From a virus, in IMG/VR virus record IMGVR_UViG_3300048080_000500, positions 1 to 15,420 of that record: a stretch of 15,420 nt of DNA; one strand, written 5' to 3'. Both the position numbers and the translations under genes were made by a program. Under the pieces are notes generated by a model that did not search any database, had not been told where the DNA came from, and was given only the letters and a program-made list of their open reading frames with translations. Positions 1-7,010 of this stretch are shown here, piece by piece. The first letter of the stretch is position 1. Every line of letters begins with the position of its first letter.

Positions 1-127
1 GGCACGGTACGCCTGTCCGGCGTGTCCGGCACACGGCCTCGGTCCCATCCTCGGTGCGTCGGCAGCGCACCGCCCGGCGGCGTAGCCATGGCTCACCACC
101 TCACCTGTCGTTGTTGCCGCCAGGGCC
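1..127 (+). repeat. Terminal direct repeat, copy 1 (identical to 15294-15420)
   Basis: Base-by-base comparison shows ggcacggtacgcctgtccgg...tcgttgttgccgccagggcc is identical at both ends. The length is exactly 127 nt, which is typical of a k-mer overlap left by a de Bruijn assembler on a circular or concatemeric template. The repeat lies inside coding sequence: bases 1-85 are the 3' end of ORF 15214-15378, and 88 onward is the next ORF. Confidence 0.97.
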
Positions 128-276
128 CGCCTGTGGCGGGCCCTGGCCAGGGCCGGCCGCGGTACTGCGCCCGGTGCCTGGCCGTCTGCCCATCCGGCTG
201 GCCCTGCTTCCTGCGCCATCCCCGCATCAGCCGGCACGCGTTCCCGCCGCGGCGGCCGCTCACGGAAAGGGGGTGA
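88..276 (+). CDS. Small Cys/His-rich protein, 62 aa (MAHHLTCRCCRQG...YCARCLAVCPSGWPC...)
   Basis: ATG at 88 lies 2 nt after the TAG of the preceding Cys-rich ORF, suggesting operon coupling. Motifs CxCC and CxxCxxxC are present. Same frame as track ORF 22..276, but the GTG at 22 would overlap the upstream ORF. Mild C3 codon preference, like other + strand genes. Confidence 0.45.
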   Translation: MAHHLTCRCCRQGPPVAGPGQGRPRYCARCLAVCPSGWPCFLRHPRISRHAFPPRRPLTERG

Positions 277-367
277 TCGCCGACGCAACGCCGCCACCGC
301 ACCCTACTGCACCGGATCCTAATCTGGCTACACCACCACGGAATCAGCTTGTGAAAGGAGCTACAAA

Positions 368-976
368 GTGAACGACAACGAAGCCAAAGCCATCATCACC
401 AGCGCCCAGATCTACCTCGGTCGCTACAAGCGCTCAAAGGCCGCGCTGGAAGAGGCGAAGAACACACTCGAAGAATACATGGACGACACCAACCAGGAGG
501 ACGTGGCCGGCACGTCGCCGGGTTCCGGCGCTCGCTTCGTCGAGCGCCAGAACCGCACCCTGAACCTGGAACCAATGGCGGACGAGCACATCATCTGGTG
601 CGCCAGAAACGGACTGCTCGCCCCCATCATGGGGAAGGTGGACGCGCTCGCGCAGGCCGCGCGCTCGTCGCTCCAACCGTTCATCTCACCGGCGGCAGGG
701 ACCCGGTACGTAGACTTGTACTTCCCGTCCTGGGGCAGCGCCAAGGCGCAGCCCACGGCGCAGACGGCAGCGCCACCGTCGCCGCCGCCCGTGCCCAAAC
801 CGGCACCGGCGCCCACGCCCAAGCCCGCCGTCCAACCCACCGCCTCGCTCACCTTCTGCCCAGACCACGGGAAGAGCCGCTACTCTGAGAAGTCGGGCGG
901 ACTCTACTGCCCGTCCAAACTGGACGACGGCTCTTGGTGCAAGTGGACGACGGCCACCGAAGGGAAAGCAGCCTAA
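368..976 (+). CDS. Hypothetical early protein, 202 aa: helical N-terminal domain, Pro-rich linker, C-terminal Cys/His zinc-ribbon-like motif (FCPDHG...YCPSK...WCKW)
   Basis: GTG at 368 lies 8 nt after aaaggag (353-359). Codon usage looks like real coding. The linker is APPSPPPVPKPAPAPTPKP. C/H spacing at the C-terminus fits a zinc ribbon. The N-terminus loosely resembles Gam/Gp157-type helical phage proteins, from memory only. Confidence 0.8.
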   Translation: MNDNEAKAIITSAQIYLGRYKRSKAALEEAKNTLEEYMDDTNQEDVAGTSPGSGARFVERQNRTLNLEPMADEHIIWCARNGLLAPIMGKVDALAQAARSSLQPFISPAAGTRYVDLYFPSWGSAKAQPTAQTAAPPSPPPVPKPAPAPTPKPAVQPTASLTFCPDHGKSRYSEKSGGLYCPSKLDDGSWCKWTTATEGKAA

Positions 977-977
977 G

Positions 978-1073
978 ATGGACATAACCAAGTGCGCAAT
1001 CTGTCGGCACCCATGGCACGGCCTCAAGAAGTGCCGCCAGTGCAAGTGTGGAACCGGCTGGTACGTGCGTTAG
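978..1073 (+). CDS. Mini zinc-ribbon protein, 31 aa (MDITKCAICRHPWHGLKKCRQCKCGTGWYVR)
   Basis: Hand-translated and below the track length cutoff. ATG starts 1 nt after the TAA of the upstream gene. The CxxC-x8-CxxCxC pattern is present. The RBS is weak. Confidence 0.4.
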   Translation: MDITKCAICRHPWHGLKKCRQCKCGTGWYVR

Positions 1074-1099
1074 TCTAGTACCCGTCAGCCGCCAGCGGG

Positions 1100-1132
1100 A
1101 ACCGGCGTCACTGTCAAGCGGTGGCGCCGGTT
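1100..1132. terminator. Bidirectional hairpin between convergent transcription units
   Basis: Arms aaccggcgtcac (1100-1111) and gtggcgccggtt (1121-1132) form 12 bp with one T:G position, around a 9-nt loop. It sits in the 64-nt gap between the + strand stop (1073) and the - strand endolysin stop (1138). No U-tract. Confidence 0.55.
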
Positions 1133-1137
1133 AACTT

Positions 1138-1887
1138 CTACCCCCACCAGAAACGCGGCGACCCGTACTCCGGCGACTGCGCACGGCTGTCGCCGTGGGC
1201 ATGCTTCTCGTACGCCCTGACGCCGGACAGGCCGCAGGTTTTCATCATGCCCGCGACCACGACCGGCGGCACACCGGCCACGACCACGTCAGCCGCGATC
1301 CCCCGCATGTGCATCGAGTTTCGCGCCGAGCCAGCCAGCCGCCGATTGTACACCACCGACCGGAAGCCGGACGTCACGACGACCGGCCGGCCAAGCTTCT
1401 TCCGCAACGCTTCCAGCTTGTACATCAGGCACCGCACGTTCTCGCGAGCCTCCGCAGGCGGCACCCGCCCGCCTCCAAACCCACCCGTGTCCGGGGTCAC
1501 GAACTCAGCCCACCTAAAGTTAAGTGTCCCGCGATCACCCCTCCCTAACGACCTCACCGCCGCCATCGTCTTCGGACCTACGACGCCATCACCCACCAGC
1601 CCGTACGCCCGCTGAAACCGGCGCACCGCAGCCGCGGTCGCCGGGCCCATGACGCCGTCTATCCGCAAGAACACCCTCGACGGCTTGTCCGCCGCCCAGC
1701 CAGCCACCCGCCGCTGCACTTCCTTCGGGGCCAAACGCGGAGCCGCACCCATCACAGCACCCCCAGCAAGATACCCACCCCCAACAAGAAGAGCAGCCAG
1801 GCCAACGCCATCGCGTCTACGCCCAGCTGCAACCTGTTCACGTGTACACCGCGACGACCACCGCGTCGTCGCTCTTCGTCTGGTCAA
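1138..1887 (-). CDS. Endolysin: N-terminal Gly/Ala-rich hydrophobic (SAR/signal-anchor-like) segment + PG_binding_1 domain + peptidase M15 (M15A/VanY-like zinc D-Ala-D-Ala peptidase) domain
   Basis: The PG-binding repeat is RIDGVMGPATAAAVRRFQRAYGLVGDGVVGPKTMAAV. The M15 core is VVVTSGFRSVVYNRRLAGSARNSMHMRGIAADV, matching the SGxR...N...S.H..G.A.D pattern. The hydrophobic stretch is VGLAALLVGGGYLAGGAVMGAAP. The start is uncertain: TTG at 1887 overlaps the upstream ORF by 50 nt, and the alternatives GTG 1755 / ATG 1752 would remove the hydrophobic segment. Confidence 0.88.
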   Translation of the reverse strand: MTRRRATTRWSSRCTREQVAAGRRRDGVGLAALLVGGGYLAGGAVMGAAPRLAPKEVQRRVAGWAADKPSRVFLRIDGVMGPATAAAVRRFQRAYGLVGDGVVGPKTMAAVRSLGRGDRGTLNFRWAEFVTPDTGGFGGGRVPPAEARENVRCLMYKLEALRKKLGRPVVVTSGFRSVVYNRRLAGSARNSMHMRGIAADVVVAGVPPVVVAGMMKTCGLSGVRAYEKHAHGDSRAQSPEYGSPRFWWG

Positions 1888-2056
1888 AGATTACCACCAC
1901 CACCTTACGCCCTGCAACCATGTCGCCGGCCGCAATATCGCGGCTCGTCGGCACGTTCGAAAGACTCATATGAACCGACCCGACCAGCTGCACCCGCGCT
2001 AGATAGGTGCCCGAATCGAACGCTCTGAGGATGCCAGGATGCGTCAGCGCAGCCAT
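1838..2056 (-). CDS. Hypothetical 72-aa protein, possibly a small OB-fold tail-tip/spike protein (gpV / gp138-N-like pattern)
   Basis: ATG at 2056. G-ending codon bias like the other - strand genes. The pattern GILRAFDSGTYLARVQLVGS...NVP...GDMVAGRKVVVVIFD resembles the N-terminal OB domain of baseplate spike proteins, from memory and weakly. Confidence 0.6.
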   Translation of the reverse strand: MAALTHPGILRAFDSGTYLARVQLVGSVHMSLSNVPTSRDIAAGDMVAGRKVVVVIFDQTKSDDAVVVAVYT

Positions 2057-2139
2057 CGTTGTTCACGTTTCATGCTAACAGCGGTCTCGGACAAAATCCT
2101 TCGGACACATTTTGAAGCCCTGGCCTCCTCTACGGTTCG

Positions 2140-2172
2140 AAAAAACGCTCGCCTCATCACACGCCGCCGAGC
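2140..2172 (-). terminator. Weak terminator/attenuator candidate after the 660-aa gene
   Basis: On the - strand, gcucg (2172-2168) pairs with cgagc (2151-2147), followed by g and then UUUUUU (2145-2140). This T6 run is rare in such a GC-rich genome. The stem is only 5 bp with a 16-nt loop. Confidence 0.25.
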
Positions 2173-4139
2173 TCAACGCGCTGCTCGAACACCGCTTTCC
2201 GCGACCTACCCCCCCCCCTCACAAACCGCGTCCGGACGGCCCGCACCCGGGCCTTCACCACCGTCGCCGACACCAGCGCGTCACTGTACTGGACGACGTC
2301 CCCCACCTCCATGCCGCAGTGAGGCGACGTCACCAGATACCCCCGATCACTCTCTAACACGCCCTTTCGCAACCGTGCCGCCGCATGGTCGGCGGCGTTC
2401 CCCGCCGTCACCTCATGCGGCCCACGGCGCCGATCCGCCAGCCCCTTGTTCTCGGCCATCTCCGGAAAATCAAACGCCTGGCCCAGCACGGTTCCCACCC
2501 CCACCACCTCAGCCAACGCCTCCCGCCGCTCGCGCTCGGTCCGACTCCGGTAGATGGCGTGGCCCTCAGCAACGTAATCGTAGTTCACCGCGTCAGACCC
2601 CAGCGGCTCGAACGTCCTGATCGCCGAAGCCCCAAACCCCGAATCCGGCCGAGCAACGTCCGCCATCATCGCCAGCAGCGCCTCGACAGCCGACAACGCC
2701 GACTCGAACGGATGCACCGTCCAAGCCAGAGCAAAGTTCGCCGCCCGCACACTCAAAGCCGCGTGACTCTCCTCCACACCCGCCCTCGCACAGATGCCCC
2801 GATACAGGATGCTGAACGCAAGCGTCCCCGGACTAACGGACGTGCGCGCCCGCCCACCCTCCAACCAATAATCCGCCCCCCGCGTCCTCACCACGAACAC
2901 ACTCTCGCCCCCATCCCGCCGGTACTCCCACCCGACAATCGCCTGGCCCGCTGGCCGGCTGAACAGCGCATCGTACCCCAGCCCAATGTCCACGTCCCGC
3001 CCGAGCTGGATAGGCGCGGGCGGCCCCGCCCACTGACCCCCCGCATTGTCAAACACGAACTCCCCACGCGCCCGAATCCCGTTCTCTTCGACGGTCGCTT
3101 CCACCAGGTCCGCGCTCATGTCCTTCGGCGAACCCGTCGCCACATAGGGCGCTCGGTTCACCTCAGCAGGCCGCGACGTGTAGGCGTAGGTCACGCCGTC
3201 CCCGGCCAGCGCCAGCCCGTTCGCCGCCGTGTCATCGAACGGCACCGGGTCCAGCCACTCCCAGTTGCCAGGCGAGAAAGGGTCCGCCAAATGCCGCTCG
3301 CTCCAGTAGCTCCGGTCATACGTAGGCGACCCCGTGAAACGCTCGACAAAGCTCAGCCGCGAAGCAATGTCCGGCGGCCCCAGATGCGGGGCCTTGAACA
3401 CCACAAGCTGGTCCGTCTCGGCCTGCTGCACGATGAACAACGCCGCCCACACGTCCAACGTCACCGAGAACCCCTCACCAAGAATCAGCGTCCACACCGT
3501 AGGCCGCAGCGTGCTCACCTCCGTGCCAGTCACCACGATGTTGTAGTCCCCCGAAAACTTCATCGCCATGCCCGTCAGCGTCGCCGGTCGCGGCGTCGGC
3601 ATCGCCAACCCAGCCCCGAACGCGCCCACGCCCGTTCGCCTGTACCGCGTGATGATCGAGTCGATGTCGATAATCACCACACACGTCCCCGTCGAGTCCT
3701 TGTACGCCACGCCCACGCCCGTCGGCGTAAGAATCGCAGCACTCGCGATCAGCGTCTCTGTCCCAAACGTCGCGCCCTGGTCGGCACTCTCACGAAAGTA
3801 GACCGACAGCCCCCGATTGTAGACCACGAACACCCGGGCATTGTTGACCACCGCCACGGCGATCACGTTCGTTGTCGACAAGGTGCTCAGGTCAATCCAC
3901 CCCGCACCGTAACCCCGCTCGTACTGGGGCCGCCCCGTCACCGAGTTCGCCCGAACCCGGTGCAGGTAGGTGGTGTCCGCCGCCGCGTCATGCGCGTCAT
4001 CCGCCACGAACGCCGTGAACACCTCCGAGTAGACCAGATGATTGATGCCCCGTATCCGCCCCTCGACCTCGACCCGGACGAACGGCGCACCGGACGGCGC
4101 CTTCTGAGCCGCCAGCAGCGGCGCAGACAGCGTCCTCAC
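2157..4139 (-). CDS. Large virion structural protein, 660 aa; putative tail hub / tail-spike-like protein with an Asp-box (BNR) motif
   Basis: GTG at 4139 lies 2 nt after the TAG of the upstream gene. It is the longest ORF in the genome. The Asp-box SADQGATF (SxDxGxTF) is at residues 118-125 (nt 3765-3788). The C-terminal pattern ...GMEVGDVVQYSD...VKARVRAVRTRF... resembles hub/gpD-type tail proteins, from memory. The antisense 586-aa ORF is R/P-rich junk. Confidence 0.8.
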   Translation of the reverse strand: MRTLSAPLLAAQKAPSGAPFVRVEVEGRIRGINHLVYSEVFTAFVADDAHDAAADTTYLHRVRANSVTGRPQYERGYGAGWIDLSTLSTTNVIAVAVVNNARVFVVYNRGLSVYFRESADQGATFGTETLIASAAILTPTGVGVAYKDSTGTCVVIIDIDSIITRYRRTGVGAFGAGLAMPTPRPATLTGMAMKFSGDYNIVVTGTEVSTLRPTVWTLILGEGFSVTLDVWAALFIVQQAETDQLVVFKAPHLGPPDIASRLSFVERFTGSPTYDRSYWSERHLADPFSPGNWEWLDPVPFDDTAANGLALAGDGVTYAYTSRPAEVNRAPYVATGSPKDMSADLVEATVEENGIRARGEFVFDNAGGQWAGPPAPIQLGRDVDIGLGYDALFSRPAGQAIVGWEYRRDGGESVFVVRTRGADYWLEGGRARTSVSPGTLAFSILYRGICARAGVEESHAALSVRAANFALAWTVHPFESALSAVEALLAMMADVARPDSGFGASAIRTFEPLGSDAVNYDYVAEGHAIYRSRTERERREALAEVVGVGTVLGQAFDFPEMAENKGLADRRRGPHEVTAGNAADHAAARLRKGVLESDRGYLVTSPHCGMEVGDVVQYSDALVSATVVKARVRAVRTRFVRGGGRSRKAVFEQRVELGGV

Positions 4140-4141
4140 GC

Positions 4142-4783
4142 CTAGACCGGCCCCGGATCCGTGCTCTGGCTGCGCAACCGCCTATCGTCGCCGCTATACA
4201 GCTCCCCAGTCCGCAAGGCGTTCGCCGCCGGCAGGCGCCGAAGCGCGGCCTGGAACTCTTCGAGCCGAACCTTCGCAAAGTCCATGTACCGGCCCCAGAC
4301 CTCGTTCCCGCCCACGTTCACCCGGTTACTCGCGAACGACCCCCACTCCAACGCCGCGTACCCGGCGGCGCCGCCGGAGATAATGTCATCGTGGGCCACC
4401 GAGAAGCTGCCGCTCCCGTTGATCACGTGCTCCTGGTGCCAGAGAACGTTAACGCTCTCGACCCCAGAGGGCGGCGACAGCACGTCCAGCGTCAGAATCT
4501 CACCCCACAACGCGAAGGGAGCATACTGAGGGGGGTATCGCAGCGTCGGCCACTCAGCCGCCACCACCCGGACACGCGCCGTCAGACTCGCTATCGAAAC
4601 ATCCCGCGAGCCCGCCACCGTGAACAGCCCCGTCTTCACCTCGAGCGGACTAACCTGGCTGTACTCCCGCAAGGCCCGCTTGATGTGCCGGTCAAGCACC
4701 GCGTCCACCCACCGGAACGCCGCCGCGTCCTCATCGTGCAGGTCCTTCCGAACCGCAGCTCGCAGGGTCGCTAGGTTACTCAT
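4142..4783 (-). CDS. Virion protein, 213 aa; possible head-tail adaptor/connector
   Basis: ATG at 4783 overlaps the upstream TGA (ATGA). The N-terminus MSNLATLRAAVRKDLHDEDAAAFRWVDAVLDRHIKRALREYS recalls adaptor-like proteins common in prophage structural modules, from memory only. Confidence 0.75.
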   Translation of the reverse strand: MSNLATLRAAVRKDLHDEDAAAFRWVDAVLDRHIKRALREYSQVSPLEVKTGLFTVAGSRDVSIASLTARVRVVAAEWPTLRYPPQYAPFALWGEILTLDVLSPPSGVESVNVLWHQEHVINGSGSFSVAHDDIISGGAAGYAALEWGSFASNRVNVGGNEVWGRYMDFAKVRLEEFQAALRRLPAANALRTGELYSGDDRRLRSQSTDPGPV

Positions 4784-6051
4784 CTCCTCACCGGCCGACG
4801 CGGTCTGGCGGCCGGGCGCGGCCCCCGAGGCATCGAGGGACGGCTCGGCCGCCAGGGCGCCAGGGGTCTCCCGCCCACTATATCACTCCGCCGCCCAGCC
4901 ACCACAAGAGGCGGCCCCAACCCCAAAGGCGCGGGCGGCGCAACATCAGTCGCGCCCAGCCCCACCACCACCACCCCCAGGGAACTCACGAAGATAATCA
5001 GTCCGTCGGCGTCCCGCCGGTGACCCGCCTGCAGCGCGTCAACGTCGGCCTGCCCCCACGCTCCGCCGCCAGGCTTCGTATGCCACCGAGCCGTGCGATG
5101 CGCAAACGTCTCCGGCAACGTCACGCTCCCAAAGCTCAACACGCTGTCCACGGAGGTCCGAAGCATCGCGCCGTGAACCACGAACTTCGTCACCGAGTTC
5201 GCCCGCAACCACCCCAACCAGCCAACCCCACGAATCCCGTTCACCATCGTCCGCGTGCTTAGGTGACTGGTCTGACGCTGGTTCCCAAAGTTCTGACCCT
5301 CATTCTGCCCGGCCCCGTCATCGACATCGCCCTCAGCCGCGAAATCGTCCCAATTCTTCCACTTGTCTACCGCCTCCGGCACGCCGAGATAATCGTTGTA
5401 GGTCCCCTGACCGTCAGGGTTCAGCAGCCTCATCTCCGGGTACATCGACTCGTCGAGGTCGTCGGTGTCGCTCATGAACGACATCCACGCCGACCAGAAC
5501 CGCTCCGTGCCCACAGACGCCAGCCCACACTGCATCTCAGGGAAGATCGCCACCCCTTGACCGTGCGTGGTGCTGATCGCCAGAACACCATCAACGAAGA
5601 AGTCCAGCGTCTTCCCCGCCCGCCCGTGCCTCAGACACAGCCGCCGCACAAACCCGCCAGCGAAGATACCAGAATCACCACCCAGTTGAACGTCGTTCGT
5701 CACGTCCCAGAGCCGAAACCTGAGCTCCACCCCCACCCGGTAGTACCGCACGTCCACAAGGTTCTCAACGGAGAACGCGCCAACCACGAAGGTCCTCAGC
5801 ACCACCTCGAACTGCCCGCCCGACGGCTGCCCGTTCGAGAAGTAGTACCCGAACCAGTAATCGAAACCGAACTCCGTCAGCAGGTCCGACGCGTTCGCCG
5901 CCGACCCCACGCCGGACATCGCAGTGCTGCTGTACTTCGCCCAGCCATGATCGCCCGCCGCAACACCAGTACGCTCCGGCGTCATGTTCGACGGGTACAA
6001 CTTCGGTCCCGACAGGACGCAAGGCCACTGGCCGACATCTAGCTGCGCCAC
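4780..6051 (-). CDS. Virion structural protein, 423 aa (beta-rich, aromatic-rich; possible tail or receptor-binding protein) with a Pro/Arg-rich C-terminal tail
   Basis: GTG at 6051 follows ggtgg by 7 nt and overlaps the upstream gene by 13 nt. An alternative ATG at 5985 has no RBS. G-ending codon bias. No recognisable catalytic motif. Confidence 0.75.
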   Translation of the reverse strand: MAQLDVGQWPCVLSGPKLYPSNMTPERTGVAAGDHGWAKYSSTAMSGVGSAANASDLLTEFGFDYWFGYYFSNGQPSGGQFEVVLRTFVVGAFSVENLVDVRYYRVGVELRFRLWDVTNDVQLGGDSGIFAGGFVRRLCLRHGRAGKTLDFFVDGVLAISTTHGQGVAIFPEMQCGLASVGTERFWSAWMSFMSDTDDLDESMYPEMRLLNPDGQGTYNDYLGVPEAVDKWKNWDDFAAEGDVDDGAGQNEGQNFGNQRQTSHLSTRTMVNGIRGVGWLGWLRANSVTKFVVHGAMLRTSVDSVLSFGSVTLPETFAHRTARWHTKPGGGAWGQADVDALQAGHRRDADGLIIFVSSLGVVVVGLGATDVAPPAPLGLGPPLVVAGRRSDIVGGRPLAPWRPSRPSMPRGPRPAARPRRPVRR

Positions 6052-6530
6052 GTCTCGACCACCGCGATCGCATCACGCAGCCGCTCCATCCGAATATACG
6101 GCTTCCCCGCGCCCGTCACGCCAATCTCCGCCCCAGGAAACACCAGCTTCCAAGTCCGCGTCTTCTGCACCCCCTCCTGGCCGCCGCCTGGCTCGAACTG
6201 CGCCCACACAGGCCAGTCCAGCGCCACCGGATAACCCGCTCCCGCCGCCACAAGACACACCCTGAGCAGCTCCCGCACCACAGCGAACGCCCCGCTCACC
6301 TGCGGAAACAACCCAACCACCCGCGTGTCCTCCACCTCCAGATTCACCGCCACCCAGCAGAACGCCGCCGGGTCATCCTCGAACCTCACGAACGCCGTCG
6401 GTCGCTCGAAGGCCTCCGCAAGCTCATCGGCCGGCGTCCGATAATCGGGGGCATCTTCCAGCAGCCACAGCCGCACACGCTCGCCATCAGCGAGCCGCCC
6501 CTCTGGGTCCGCACGCAGCCGCCGACCCAT
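6039..6530 (-). CDS. Hypothetical protein, 163 aa (structural-module position)
   Basis: ATG at 6530 immediately follows the TAG (6531-6533) of the upstream small ORF. Amino-acid composition looks like real coding. No motif recognised. Confidence 0.75.
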   Translation of the reverse strand: MGRRLRADPEGRLADGERVRLWLLEDAPDYRTPADELAEAFERPTAFVRFEDDPAAFCWVAVNLEVEDTRVVGLFPQVSGAFAVVRELLRVCLVAAGAGYPVALDWPVWAQFEPGGGQEGVQKTRTWKLVFPGAEIGVTGAGKPYIRMERLRDAIAVVETWRS

Positions 6531-6671
6531 CTACCGACGCCACTCCAACCAACCCCTCACCAGCTTCGTCATGAACGCCAGCGACAGCGTGACCACGCCC
6601 ACCAACCCCGACGTCAGCGCCAGCCGAATCACCACCAGCTCAGGCTCGGTAAACCCCAGACCACACTCCAT
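6531..6671 (-). CDS. Small single-pass membrane protein, 46 aa (MECGLGFTEPELVVIRLALTSGLVGVVTLSLAFMTKLVRGWLEWRR)
   Basis: Hand-translated and below the track cutoff. Its ATG (6671-6669) overlaps the TGA of the upstream gene by 1 nt (TGATG), and its stop abuts the next ATG. G-ending codons. One hydrophobic helix followed by a basic tail. Confidence 0.6.
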   Translation of the reverse strand: MECGLGFTEPELVVIRLALTSGLVGVVTLSLAFMTKLVRGWLEWRR

Positions 6672-7009
6672 CACGCGGCCATCCCTTCCGGCGCCAGGTC
6701 GAGTATCAGCTGGCGCAGACTCGAATGAATCTCCTGCTGCTGTTCGTGGGTGAGCCCATAGTTCACGGCCACCATCTTCGTCAGCTGCCGCAGCCCCAAC
6801 AGGAGCACCTGCAGGTTCTCCGGGTCCGCCTTCAGCAGAATGTGGATGCGCGATCGCAACAACGCGATCTCCTCGACCAACTCGCCTGGGTCCAGCAGCG
6901 CCGCCCGCCGCAGAACGTTCCGGCCGTATGAGGTTACGGCCCCAGCGTAGAAGCCGTGCTTCCGTGCGTTCGTGTTCTTGGGTTGCCCACCCTGCCTGCG
7001 CTTCGCCAC
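6671..7009 (-). CDS. Basic N-terminus + helical protein, 112 aa; possible DNA-binding / small-terminase-like protein (motif GGQPKNTNARKHGFYAG)
   Basis: I prefer the GTG at 7009, which is in frame and lies 1 nt after the TGA of the upstream 74-aa ORF, over the track start at 7069, which would overlap that ORF. The GxPKxNxNAxKHGxY motif is one I associate with YjcR-type terminase small subunit-like phage proteins. That association is from memory and is not verified. Confidence 0.6.
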   Translation of the reverse strand: MAKRRQGGQPKNTNARKHGFYAGAVTSYGRNVLRRAALLDPGELVEEIALLRSRIHILLKADPENLQVLLLGLRQLTKMVAVNYGLTHEQQQEIHSSLRQLILDLAPEGMAA

Positions 7010-7010
7010 G

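Noticed and set aside
1-127. The 127-bp repeat as a genuine physical direct terminal repeat (T7-like)
   Set aside because: The length equals a common assembler k-mer, and the repeat lies within two ORFs rather than in non-coding ends. Read-terminus data would be needed to revive this idea.
22-371. Track ORFs 22..276 (from GTG 22) and 54..371
   Set aside because: On the circle, GTG 22 overlaps the preceding Cys-rich ORF in another frame, so ATG 88 is preferred. ORF 54..371 is P/A/R-rich junk in a third frame.
1121-1615. 164-aa and 117-aa + strand ORFs
   Set aside because: They are antisense to the endolysin, whose PG-binding and M15 motifs fix the coding strand.
2385-4145. 586-aa ORF on the + strand
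   Set aside because: It is antisense to the 660-aa gene. Its translation is Arg/Pro/His-rich low complexity, as expected for a shadow frame in high-GC DNA. The minus-strand frame has protein-like composition and an Asp-box.
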